The position numbers and the translations under genes are program-made. From Cenococcum geophilum (lineage: Eukaryota): 64,000 nt of DNA. Where the stretch lies: assembly GCA_050273025.1 (NCBI GenBank), contig CP158635.1:26536001-26600000 (forward strand). Direction: 5' to 3'. Shown here piece after piece: positions 34,279 to 47,500 of the stretch. The notes below the pieces were generated by a model. It was not told the DNA's origin and made no database searches. It saw only the letters and a list, made by a program, of their open reading frames with translations. Positions within the stretch are counted from its first letter, which is position 1. Each line of letters starts with the position of its first letter.

Positions 34279-37200
34279 AAATAAAAAGACATAAAGGTAA
34301 TAAGAATCTATATAGCGGAGCTAGTAAAGTTAGTTAAATAAGATAAGTACTAATAGCTGCTTAAAGAGCTACCTATAGGCCTAATAGAAGTACCGAACCT
34401 ATTAAAAAGGTCTTTCCGCCAGCTAATAGAAGGCGACTATATAATAAAGGAAGCCTATAAAGCGCTCCCCCCCTATTTCTATAACTTCCTTAAGATAAAT
34501 CTAAAAACTAAACCCGAGCTTTTATATCAGAAGATAGTTAATACTAATATTAAAAATTCCTAAAAGGCAAACCAGGATTAACCTATAAAGACATTCTATA
34601 ACGCCTACTAAAGGAGTTTAGTAAATATATTAAGCACTTCCTCCCTAAAAACGTAGATAAGCTGCCCCCTTACCGACCATAGGACTATAAAATTAAGATC
34701 ACCCCTAGAAACTAGGCCCCGTACTAAAAAAATAAACCACTCTTACCTACTAAACTTAGGTATGTAAAGAAGTAGATTAATAAGATGCTAAATAAGGGTT
34801 TTATTCGCGAATCGACCTTACTAGCTACTATACTACTCCTCCTTACTACTAAGCCCGGCGGCGGTATATAAATCTACTATAACTACTAAGGCCTAAACAC
34901 AGTCACTATTAAGAATTAATACCCACTGCCACTAATTCGCAAGACACTTAACGCACTTTATAGTGCTAAGTACTTTACTAAACTTAATATAATTGCTACG
35001 TTTAACCGGATCCGGATTACGGAGGGCCATAAGTAGCTTATAGTATTTATTACCCGGTTCAGACTCTATAAAATACTAGTTATACTATTTGGCCTCTATA
35101 ACGCACCCGCTATATTCTAAAACTATATTAACCATATTCTACATAACGCCCTTAATGACTACTACACTACCTACCTTAATAACGTCCTTATTTTTTCTAA
35201 AACACGCGCTAAGTATACTAAGTATATAAATAAAGTTATCCAAAGACTTAGTAATGCTAAACTTTAGATTAATATTAATAAGTCTAAGTTCTACTCTACT
35301 AAAATAAAATACCTTAGCTTAATTATCTTAACTAATAGCATAACTATAGACCCTAAGAAGGTATAGGCCTTACAGAAATAGAAGGACCCGACATTAATTA
35401 AAGAACTATAACAATTTCTCGGCTTCGCGAACTTCTATTAACGATTTATCTAAGGCTACTCTGCTATTGCTATACCTATAATAAAACTCCTAAAAAAGGA
35501 TATTAGATAGCTATAGGGACTAAAACAAGCCAAATTATTTAAGGCCCTTAAGGGAGCCTTTACTTTAGCACTAGTACTAGCATACTATAACTATATAAAG
35601 AAAACAGTAGTAAAGACAGATATATTAAATTAGGCTTCCGGCGGAGTCCTTTCCCAGTATAATAATAACGGAAAATTAAGACTGGTCGCATTCTTCTCCG
35701 TAAAGCACTCTACGCCAGAGTATAACTATAAAATCTATAATAAAGAACTCTTAGCTATTATTAAGGCTTTAAAGAAATGGCGTCCTAAGCTATAAGGGAC
35801 TAAGGAGCTATTTAAAATTATTACCAACTATAAGAACCTATAGACGTTTATAACTACTAAGCAGCTAAACTAGCGCCAAGTCCAGTAGGCAGAGTTCCTT
35901 TTATAGTTTAACTTTATAATTATATATAGACCTAGTAGTAAAGCCACGCTCCCTAACGCCCTAAGCCGGCTACTAGGAATAAAGCCTAAGGACGCTAATA
36001 ATAAACACCTCCACCACTAAGCCTAAGTCGTTATACCGCCCCAGAAAGTTAACCCTATAATCTTAGAAGAATTACTATACAAGTCCCGTAACTCTAACGA
36101 CGCGGAGTTTATAGCCGCTCTAGACCCTAAAATAGCTAAAAAGTTACTAGATAAGTTAATTTAGCTAGGATACCCGGAGAACAAACTCGCAAGAGATATA
36201 GTAGCAGCCCTATATAATTAAAAAGCTCGCCGTTAACCAAAGAAGATTAAGAAATTACTTTATTACGATAAGTTAGAATATAGTATCATTAACAAACAAA
36301 TCTACTTCCGCTAACGTCTCTTTATCCCTAACGCCCTAGACCTCCGCCTAGAAGTTACCTATTACTTTTATAACAGCGGCCCCGCTAGTTACCCCAGCCG
36401 GGTTAAAACTCTTAACCTCTTAAACTAAACATACTAGTGGCTAGGAATCTCCCAGTTTATGGCTACCTTTATTAAAGACTATACCTTATACTTTCGTATT
36501 AAGACCCCCTATTCTACCCCGCCTAGTTTCCTAAAGCTACTAGAATTACCTACCCACCTATAGACCAATATCTTAATTAACTATATTATAACGCTGCCGG
36601 TATACTAACGCTATAGTAAGGTATATAAATATATCCTTATTATTATAGACCGCCTAACTAAAATATAATACCTTATTTTAGTAATAGGACTCTTAACAAA
36701 GAAGCTAGTTAATGGCTTTATTAATAACGTATATAAGCTTTACGGTATACTAAGCACGATTATCTCTAATTACAGTATATAATTTATTAATAACTTCTAG
36801 CAACGACTAAGTAAACGCCTTAAGACAACTTTATAACTAAGCTTAGCCTAGTACCCAGAAACAGACGGCTAAACTAAAATTATTAACGCTGCCGTAAATA
36901 AATACCTTTATACTTTTGTTAGCTTTATATAGGACAACTAGGTTAACTACCTACCGCTTACTAAGTTTGCTATAAATAACTAAGTTAACGAGAGTATAGG
37001 CATCTCCCCGTTTTTTATAAACTATAGCTTTAACCCTCGCCTTAAAATCGAGCCTGTTGGCCCCTACCTACTAACACTATTAGTATAAGTAAAGAAGGAG
37101 TTCTTCCGCGCAGACTCTGTAGCCAACCGCTTTAAGCGGATATTAATATAGCTTAAGGCCCTAGCCCAGATTTTATAGCAACGCTATAAAGATAATACTA

Positions 37201-39106
37201 ATACCCGTAGGGATAAGAGCGCATTATTCTACAAAGGCGATATAGTTATAGTTAGCTTAGAAAATATAAAGACAAATAGACCTAAAAAGAAATAGGACAA
37301 CAAATGGGACGGCCTATACCCCGTACTCGCAGTATACTAAGGGGCAGTTATAATAGACCTCCCAGACTATATCCGAGTAAACAAATCCTTTTATACATCT
37401 AAGGTCCGCCTCTAAGCTGCTAAAGAGATCCCTAGCTAAGCAAATATTAATACTATAGAGCGCTGTAATATACAAGGATAAGTAGTAGAGAGAGATAATA
37501 ACGGCAACATAGAAGACAAATGGGAGTTTAAAAAAATCCTTAATATATACGACGAAGACCCCTAGGGCCTAACTTATAAGATTAAATAGAAATATTATAA
37601 GGATATAACCTAGCAGCTAGAGGAAGACCTAAAGGGTTATAAATAAGCTATATAGCGCTTCTATAAGCAACACCCTAAAAAGCTAAGACTCCTAGACTAG
37701 GCACAAGATAAGAAAAAGTCACGCTAAGGTCACGGCCGACCACCGTATTAAAATTTGTAGTGGTTAAAATGTTATAAAACTTTAACTAGCGGTTAAAGTT
37801 ATCTAATTAGCCAAATTCTCGCCAAAAAACGCCACGCGGATTGATTTAGGTGGCGGTATAGAGTTCTACTAACCTTACTTACTAAACTAACCAATTAGGA
37901 TTTTCCATACCCGGTATAGAAAATCGCCATTAGCTTAGTTAAGGGTAGTAAGTAAAACTAATATCTTTATAGTAAAAAATAGGCAACCCCGTATACTGCC
38001 TATTTTTAAGTTATTTATTTAGTTTAGGGACCAAACCATCTAGGGGAGAGAAGTACTGTTACGGCACTAACCTAACGCATACTGTTTTATACTATCTCGT
38101 ACTATTTCCTACTATTAGCTGGCCCACTACTAGCGACTTGGCGGCCGGCCCTACTATTTATATATAATACCCCCTTTCCACCTTCTTCCCCTCTTTATAC
38201 CATAACGTAGTTATTTAGTCTACTTTATTACAGTACTGTAACACTTAGGCTCTAAAAGCTTAACTAAATATTTATACTCGCCTAAGCCGTTTAGTAAAAG
38301 TTTATAAAAAGGTGCGCTTAAAGGAGTTACGTTTAGTAGAGTAAGGTCTATCTAAGCTTAAGGCTAAGAAGGCTAAAAAGAATTCTAATTAAGATAAGGC
38401 GGAAACAACTAATATACTAGTAGTAGATCCCTTAAATAATCCGGCTTGTCTATTACCTTTAACTAATCCCTTTATCTTTAGCTCCTTTTTAATATTACCT
38501 AACCTATTCTCTTCTAATACTCCTATGCCTTTTCTATAGCGTTTTTTAGATTCTATAGTAGTTCCTAGGTAGTTTTATTATAGCCTATCTACTTAACCTT
38601 ATACTATATTTTATTATTAACGTCCTTATAACTAACGATTTTTAAAACTTGCTATTTATCTTCTTCTTATTCTCTATACGTATCTGCTTTGTAAATTAGT
38701 GGTTTAATATTCCTATATACTAGTTCTAGCATTATAATATACTATATAGGGTAGATCTTTATTTTAGCTAGTAGGTTTAACTTAAATATAACCGGTAAAA
38801 TCCTTTATATAATTTTAAAAGGTTCTAATCTAATATAGTCTAACTTCTTACTTAGTTATTAACTCTTGAAATTTTTATATAGTAGCTATACTTTATCCCC
38901 CTCCTTAAGATTTAGTCCCTTAGATCTCCTAACGTTATAGTACTTTTTTATTCTCTTTTATACTTTTTTTGCTAATTCTATAAGGTCTATATAAAGATTT
39001 ATTAACGTCTTTATTCTTTCTTTAGCTGTGCTACTTATTTTCTTCACTTATTATAGTAATAATAATATTCTTAGCTTATATCTATAATTTGCCTTAAATA
39101 GTAATA

Positions 39107-39531
39107 ACGTATTCGATAGGCGAGCTAGCCATATAGGCGAGCTGGCCACCTTAAAACCCCACCAAAAAGTCGAAATTTACACCTCAATATCTCAACAACC
39201 ACTTAATAATAAATTCTAATAATTTGGATTTAGACTTTCATATACACTCTATAGCTTTTATTAAAGTTGCATAATAAATAGGTTAGTGGTTTTTAAGATT
39301 TAGTAATTTAGCCTTAATTTAGCCCCTAAATTTTAATATCTTAAAAACTACTAAACTATTTATTATGCAACTTTAATAGAAGCTATAGAGTGTATATGAA
39401 AGTCTAAATCTAAATTATTAGAATTTATTATTAAGTGGTTGTTAAGATATTAAAGTATGGATTTTCCGATTTTTGGTGGGGTTTTGAGGTGGCCAGCTCG
39501 CCTATATGGCCAGCTCGCCTATCGAATACGT
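39107..39531. mobile_element. Fot1/pogo-like foldback MITE (425 bp)
   Basis: Termini ACGTATTCGATAGGCGAGCT...AGCTCGCCTATCGAATACGT, TA on both sides; ~190-bp inverted arms; duplicated ATAGGCGAGCTGGCCA motif in each TIR. Confidence 0.92.
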
Positions 39532-41827
39532 TATACCTATTCCTTTTTATAGTATTATATTATATATAAACTATATAACTAGTAATAGTAATACCTAATT
39601 ATTTTATACGTAATTAATATAATATCTTAAATACTGTTCTAGTATTTAATTTAATCTTTCTATTTATCTGTCCGTCTGCGGATAATATATAGTAAAAGTT
39701 ACTACTCTAACTCCTTATTCCGCTAAGAATACTTTTTAAAATACTACTATAAATCTTAGATCTCTATCTAATATAATCTTGCTAAGTACTCTATATCTTA
39801 TAAACACTTCTTTAATATAGATTCTAGTGATATCTTCCGCTAAGATTTTTTCTATATATGCTATAAAGTAGCCCTATTTAGTTAACTTATCTACTATTAC
39901 TAGGATTATATTATACTCCTATCTGGTAATAGGATCTCTTAACTTAGGTAACTTAATAATAAAGTCCTATAATATAACCTCCTATAGTCTCCCTAGTACT
40001 TTAATAGGTTATAGTTCTCCGTATAGCTTATACCTTATTAGTTTATTCCTTTAGTAATTTAGATACTCTTTTATTACTTTTCTAGCTATACCCTAGATTC
40101 CGTTAATAATATATTCCTCTTAAAGTTTTAACACTAAGCCTATTACTCCGTTGTGTCCTTAAGTTATTCCTCTATAGAAATCTTCTATAAAATATTCTAC
40201 TATGCTTTTTAGGATATACTTTACTTCTTAGTTTTTATATATATCCATCTATAGATCTTCTAGCTATGCTTTTAGAATTCTTTATACCTAAAAGCTTTTT
40301 AGTATCTTATAGACTCTTTCTAGTTCTCTATCCTCTTAAGTTACTGCTAGCTTAAGGTAATTATATCTAATTAATCTGTTATTATCTTTACGTAGTATTA
40401 CTCCTAATGGTTTCTTATTATTCTATAGTGTAGCTATTCTACTAAGTGCATCTACTCTTATATTCTCTGTTCCTTTAGTATACTAAATTTTAAAATAGTA
40501 TTCTGTAAGTATCTCTACCTATTTAACCCATCTTTAATTAAGTTCCTTTATTACTAGGAACCCTATTAGGTTCTTATAATCCGTTTTAACTATAAATAGT
40601 TTCTCTATACCTTATAAGAATACTCTCTATTTCTTAAGTACTACGACTATACTTAACAACTCTTTATTATATATATTATAGTTTAACTCTAGTAGTATTA
40701 TCTTCTAACTATAGTATGCTACTAGATACTATGTATTTCTATACTTCTATAGTAAATATACTCCTAGTATAAAGTCTAATATATTTGTTTCTATAACTAT
40801 ATCTAGTCCTAGTTAATAAATCTTAAAAATTAGCTCCTAGGTAAATAACTCCTTAAGTTCCTTAAATAACTTTTTTACTTATCTCCCTATACCTATAGTT
40901 CCTCTTTCTTTATAAGCCTAGTAAACGATTTAATATTCTTTAACTATTATACTATAAACCTTCTATAGTAGTTGCAGAATCCTAAAAATAACCTTAACTA
41001 TATTATATTTTCTAGTTCTTGCTAACTTGCTATAGCTTTAATTTTCTTTAAGTTTATACTAATATAACCTAGCTTAATAATAAATCCGATGAAATTGGTT
41101 TTCCTTATAAAGAACTTGCATTTCTTAATTGCTACTAGTACCTATTCTTTTTATAGTCTCCTTAAAACCTATTTAATATATTCTCTATGTTTATCCTTTA
41201 TTATTAAGTAAATAATAATAATATTAAGGTATGCTATAATAAACTTATCTAGGTGTTCTTCTAATACACTATTAATTTATTTCTAAAATATTACTAGTAT
41301 ATTTATTAATCTAAATTATATAACTAATAGTTTATATAGTCCTTCCTTTAACCTAAAGGCTGCCTTTTATTTATTGCCTTCCTTAATTCTAATCTAATAA
41401 TACGCCTATTTTAGATCTATCTTTATAAAGATTTATACATTGCCTATCCTATCCTAGATTTTGCTAATTAAGGGTAAAGGATACCTATCCTTCTAAGTAA
41501 TGCTATTTAACTATTTATAGTTAATATATAGCCTAAGTTTTCCGTTCTTCTTTAGTATAAACAATACTAGATATCCCGCTAATAACTAAAATAGTCTAAT
41601 ATATCCTTTTTATAAGTTTTCTTAGACAAACTCTTTAAGTGCTCTTAACTCTTTTTAAGTAAGCTTATAGGTTAGAAAGAACCTTAAACTTATTTCTAGT
41701 TCCAACTCTATTTTATAGTCCTATGCTATATAATCTAATAGCTTTTTACTTTCTAGGCTCTATAGTTTCTTACTATACTTATAGTATCTTTTTTATTTAT
41801 AACTTAAGCCTTACTTAGTCTCTTTAT

Positions 41828-42787
41828 ATAAAGATGTCTATTCAAAGCGAAGTCACGCCTCCTCTAAACAGCAACATCAATATCTATTACAATCAGCCTT
41901 TTGGCTTTTCGCTTTAAAATAAGGCTTATTTAATAGAGATTTTGTTGTTTATTCGTCTTATAGCCTTAATAATGCTATACCGTACGGCGTTATGTTATCA
42001 TCGCGATAAAACGTCTTACCCCTTAGAGGATTGCGAAGTTTCGCGTCGCGTCTTTCCACAATAGCTGTTGATAAGTAGTCTTTCCTGACAATTTTTCCCA
42101 CAGGGTTTTTTAATAGGTTTTGAATTGACGCTTTCCAGCTTCCTCCTTACTACGTCATCGTCGTCGTTAATAGCCTTTAATATTACCTAGAGATTCTACA
42201 TTACTTAAACGGTTTATTAACGATACCCTACGGGCGCAAAGAGACGATATATATTCCTACATTTATATTAGTTGTTGTAGCGTAGGCCTTATACCGCTAG
42301 GTTCTAACGGTACACGTTATTTGGGGCAATAAGTGTGTAATTATCTACCACTGCTTAAGTAGTAGGGAACCTACTATGCAATACAGCAGGCTGGGCGAGA
42401 TTACCCTCTCCTTAGGCCTATACCCCCCAATATAATATAAATATATTATTTGGAATATATCTTTGCGAGCGTGTGTATAGATAAAGATGTCTATTTAAAG
42501 CGAAGTTACGCCTCCTCTAAACAGCAACATCAATATCTATTACAATCAGCCTTTCGGCTTTTCGCTTTCCCACCCTCCACCCTATAGATAGTTTTGCAGC
42601 CTTTTAGGCTTGCGGTAGGCCTAAGGGGGGCAATAAGTGTGTAATTATCTACCACTGCTTAAGCAGTAGGGAACCTACTATGCAATACAGTAGGCTGGGC
42701 GAGATTACCCTCTCCTTGGGCCCACACCCCCCAATATAATATAAATACATTATTTGGAATATATCTCTGCGAGTGTATATATAGATA
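41828..42787 (+). mobile_element. Miniature split-direct-repeat element (A1-core-B1A2-spacer-B2), Ngaro/PAT-like architecture
   Basis: A1 41828-41915 = A2 42481-42568 (88 bp); B1 42323-42483 = B2 42627-42787 (161 bp); ATA shared at both ends and at the B1/A2 junction. Inserted between protease and RT of D. Confidence 0.8.
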
Positions 42788-44351
42788 TCGCTCTAACCTA
42801 GTACTATACTAACTTAGTTTATTATTATATCTTACGTTATTATATATCTTTAATATCGACCTAATCTATAACCCAATTAATCTTTAGATTATACTCCTAT
42901 AACTAAGGTATTCCTAATACTGCCTTATTCCTTCCTAATAGTAGGATATTAAAAGACATCTTAATTTATCTTCCTTTAATAGTTATCTAAATAGGTCCTA
43001 TTTTAAGGTTAATAATCCCTCCTCTATAGGTTATTAAATCTCTTAAAATTATAACTAATAGGTAAAATTATTCCTTTTATCTATAAGGTAATCCTATTCT
43101 TTTAACTACTGCTAGTAAAATATGGTTCCGCGTTACTTTACTATCTATTAGCGCTTTAAACTGTTAATCTTACTAATTAACTTATAGATTTAAGTATTAT
43201 CCTTAAATTCCTTTAAGGGTCTAAGGCTCTACTACTAGCTCCCTTTAGTCCTATAGGCCTCTTCTTTTCCTAACTATTAGCTGCTTAATCCTATTATATT
43301 TAGCTTATTCTTTAGCTAATGCCTAGTTCGCTTCTTATTCTCTATATACTATAGATACGTGTTTTTTAAGCACTCCCACTACTATTATTTATTTAAGTAT
43401 TCTTCCGTAAGAAATCTTTTTAGCTAAAGTATTAAGTCTCCTAACTCCTAAAATTTTACTAGATACTATCTGTGTATATACTTAGCATTTCTATACTATT
43501 GCTTATCTAGCGCCTAATATATTCTTATAGGGTACTTCTAATTTTTCTCCTTTAAATTTTTATATATTTTGTATATATTATCTATATATATAATCTATAA
43601 TAGCGTATAATATACTAGGTGCTTTAGCTTAATTCTTAACTTATCTTTATCTTTAAGTTCAAACCTTTATTATGTTAATTTAAACATTATAACTTTATTT
43701 ATAGGTACTAAGATATATCTTTTACTCCTCTAGTTCTCTAATTGTTCCTCTAAATCCTTTAACGTTATAATTAAGGCTCCCTTAATATAAGTTATAGCCT
43801 TTTCTATAATAGGGTGGTCCTAAATAACTCGCTTATCCAACTATATATAAAAATCTTCCCACTTATTATTATGTCGCTACCTATACCACTTTTAGTATAA
43901 CTGCTAGAGTATATACGGCTTGTCCGTAAGGAAGTATCTTCTTATTACTACGTTATAACATTCTTTTATATATCGTTCTTTAAATCTAATAGAGATCCCT
44001 AGATCCTCTTTATCTTCTAGTTTAGTAAGCTACTTAGCTTTTAGCGTGCCTACTTTAAGCCTATTAGTAATTCTTTATATAGGTGCTTTATCCCTTATAT
44101 AACCTAGTATGCTAGATCTCTAGTCTAGTTTCTGTTCTTGCTATACGAGGATTCTCTATCTAAATTCCTCTATATTTTCTTTTAGTTTTTGCCTTATAAG
44201 TAGATTCTTAAAGTCTTCTTACTTCTTAATCTTAGTCTATTTAATAGTCCTTATTTATATTTAGAAATCTTAGTCCTATAGGATTTTTAATCCTAAGCTT
44301 GCTTCTTTCTTAAGCTTAGCTCCGGCCTTAGTTTTACTAAACTTCTACAGT

Positions 44352-44562
44352 GTTCTTATCTTATCTTAAGAATCTTAAATTTTACTTATCTCGTCTTGAG
44401 AATCTTATACCTTTAGGAAATTTCGTCCTAAGCTTATTCGTATATTACTAAACTAAGCTATTACTCTACTCTATTAGTTGTCGTCCATTATAGGTCCTTA
44501 AGCATATCTTATCTCTTTTTAAGAGTCTTAAGCGTCTCTTATCTCTTCTTAAGAATCTTAAG
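44352..44562. repeat. Degenerate ~27-bp coding repeats within the D gag extension (TCTTATCTCTTCTTAAGAATCTTAAGC)
   Basis: Several imperfect copies visible. Confidence 0.6.
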
Positions 44563-47500
44563 CCTGTGGCCTTTTGCCTTTATTAAGTAGTAAGTTAGCA
44601 CTAGCAGTCGTTTACTTGCTTAATCCTTCTTCTTAAATATTTCTCCTTCCGTCTTATAAAGCGATGGATATTATATTTAATAGTGTTATAATTTCTATTA
44701 CTAACCCTTGCTCTATAGTGGTCTTGGTCTCTACTTCTAATATAATATCTTTAATGTTTACACGCTCCTAGTAAGCTGCCTTTATTACCTTATTATTACT
44801 AAATATTTCGCCTATATTAAATTTATTATCTTTAATATCCGATTTATAAGATGGCTTATTAGTTCCTCTAAACTCTAATAATTTTAGCTCCTATGGCTAA
44901 TAGCTTGCGCTATACTTAGCGTCCTTATAAATTTGGTATGCGTTATTATAACAAAACGCGAAGCTCTTAATTAAATATTCTTTTGTTCCTTATAGTATAT
45001 TATTATCCCTTTATACGTATATATCGTCTGCTAGTCTTATTCCTCTTACTATATAGTAACTCTACCTACTTCTATAGTCTCTAATAAAATAACCTTATTT
45101 TCCGCAATTTATATAAACTTCTTTTTTAAACCATTTTTCTTACTATAGAGTCCGCCTAAATGTCTTCTGCTACTAAGATTCTTGGTTTAGCCTCTGCTCC
45201 TTAAACCTTTAATTACTTAATCCTTATCCTTTAGCTTTCTATAGTTTCTTATTTTATTTCTTATTTTCTTTAGTACCGCTTAGGTCTATTAGCTCTACGC
45301 TATACTACAGTTTTAGATTCTAAATTTGTTGTTATATGCCCTACGCCTTATACAACTATAGAACTTTATCCTAACCCTTCTTAGTCTGCTCTCTTTAGTA
45401 GATCCTATTATTAATCTTAATTACTTAATTAATTAATTCCCTAAGAGTATCCGCATCTTCTATTAGGATAATTACGTCCTAGACTTTTACCTTAAGTCCC
45501 TATTTATACTATACTATAAGCGCCTTATTATTCTATTTAACTTATATAGCTAATATCTAAAACTATATTATATACTTAATTGCTAAAGTTCGTTATATTA
45601 AGTTTTAAAGCTTTTGTTTTACTATAGTAGTTACTTCCAGGCCTCTAAATATTTATATTAGGCGTTCTATAAACCCGCTCTAACTAGCAAACATATATTA
45701 TACCTCTTAGTTAGTAGTTACTATGCCGCTTTTCTATACCTCCGTAAGGTAAGGTTTAAGCTACTTAAGTGCCCTTCCTAATAGGAATAGTCCTACGTAG
45801 GCTATTTAATCCATAGGTATTACTAGCTTCGCTCCTTCTTACGTAACCTTAAAATATATCTACGTAAGGAATCCTTTAAGTTTTAACTTCTTACCTAAGA
45901 ATCGCTTAATGGATGGTAGCTTAATCTTTACTACTCCTATCCCATTAATCCTTTCTTTAAATATCCTATTATTATCTGTTAATTAATTAACTATAGCTTA
46001 TAATTGTCCAACCGTAACTAGCTAAGAGTTAGTATCTGCTATACTAGTGTCGTTACCTAATCCTAATATAGTTGCTACCGTTAACGGCGTCATAACTAGT
46101 ACTTTTAGTGGCATATTATTCGACTTCTTTTACTATAACCTTAGTAGTGAATATATAATAAGGCCTTATAGAAAATATTACGGTAGACCTATTAATAGGC
46201 TGGGTATATAGGTATAGAATAGTTAATAACGTAAATATAACTAGTAAAGTGGTTACCTAATAGATTAACTCTAATTATATTCTAAGATTTATTATAAAGA
46301 AGAGAAACTATCTATAGAGACCGTCTGCCCTTAAATATATAACTCCTCCCTATAGTAAAGGTTTAGTACGTTAATATATTACGTTCCCATGTTTCCACGT
46401 TCCTATATTCCGAACTTATAATATAACTGGCTATATAACTTAGCTACCCCTTATCCTATAGCTTAATCGGTTCTAGCGCCTTCCGTACTATCTTAACTAA
46501 CCCGTTCGTGTCTATCCTTAGTAGTTATACTACTGCCGATATAAGGTCTGTAATATAGGCTACTATCTAGGCTTCTTTTAAGCGCTTAGTATACTACTAG
46601 GCTTCCTTATAAGATACTTTTTTTATATATAGTCTAGGGTCCTTCTAGTCTTTTTTAGCCAAAGCTAGTATAGGGTAAGTAGCCCATTTCTAGTTAAATA
46701 GGGGTAAATCTAGTAGAGTTGTAGGGTAGAGTTACCTGGGTTAGTCTATAAGGGGTAATAGTTTGGCCTAGTTATCTTAGAAGTAATTAATAAAGGGCCA
46801 GAACCTCTAATCTAGGTATTAGTTTATAATCTCCGTCTAACTATCTATTTAGGGGTAATATACTATAGAAAGCTTTAGCTTAATACCTAAAATCCGGGTA
46901 AACTTGTTCTAAAAGGCTAATATAAACTACGGCCTATAATTAGAGATAATAGTATTTAGCGGTCTTTAAATTTGGTAGACGTAGTAAATATATAGTTGGG
47001 CCGCCTCTTTAGTATTAATATTCTTATAACAGGGAATTAAAAACGGGCGCTTACTAAAGTGGTTAACTAAGATTATAACTATATTATATCCGTTATAGTC
47101 TAAAGACAGTTTATAGAAATTTATAGAGATATACTACTAACGGCGTTCTAGTATTAAAAGGGGTTTTAATAGTCCTAGGGTCTTATCTCGTAGAATTATA
47201 GACCTATAGTAACTATTATAGTTTTATACGTAGCGGTTACTAATAATCTTATAGGTCTTATTTTTTTTAGGATAGGCCGTAAAGACCTAGTTATATACTT
47301 TGGCAATAAGTTAAGTCCGTAAATTCTGTTCCTTTACTACTACTAGCTGTACCTAATACTTAAGCAGCCTATTTTTAAGGGACTATAGGCTAATAGTGTC
47401 CTTTGACTTTTCGCGGTACTCCTATAAAGAAGGGGCCGTATGGTTTACCTATAGTAGTTTATTAATAAGGTTAAGTTCCATAGAGTTAATAGGGCATATT

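Larger units (their letters stand above)
29197..38243 (+). mobile_element. Ty3/Gypsy chromovirus 'E', full length, RIP-degenerate
   Basis: 187-bp LTRs at 29197-29383 and 38057-38243 (TGT..ACA intact); TSD CTTAG (29192-29196, 38244-38248); PPT AGGGGAGAGAAG; RT ~34650-35350, RNase H, integrase, chromodomain ~37510-37700. Confidence 0.95.
28302..46555 (-). mobile_element. Ty3/Gypsy 'D' (long-gag family, ~410-bp LTRs), RIP-degenerate
   Basis: LTRs 28302-28719 and 46154-46555; TSD TAGGC (28297-28301, 46556-46560); PPT at 28720-28737. gag from ~46114, protease ~42850-43200, RT ~41000-41750, RNase H, integrase ~38700-40200, chromodomain-like ~28850-29100. Confidence 0.9.
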
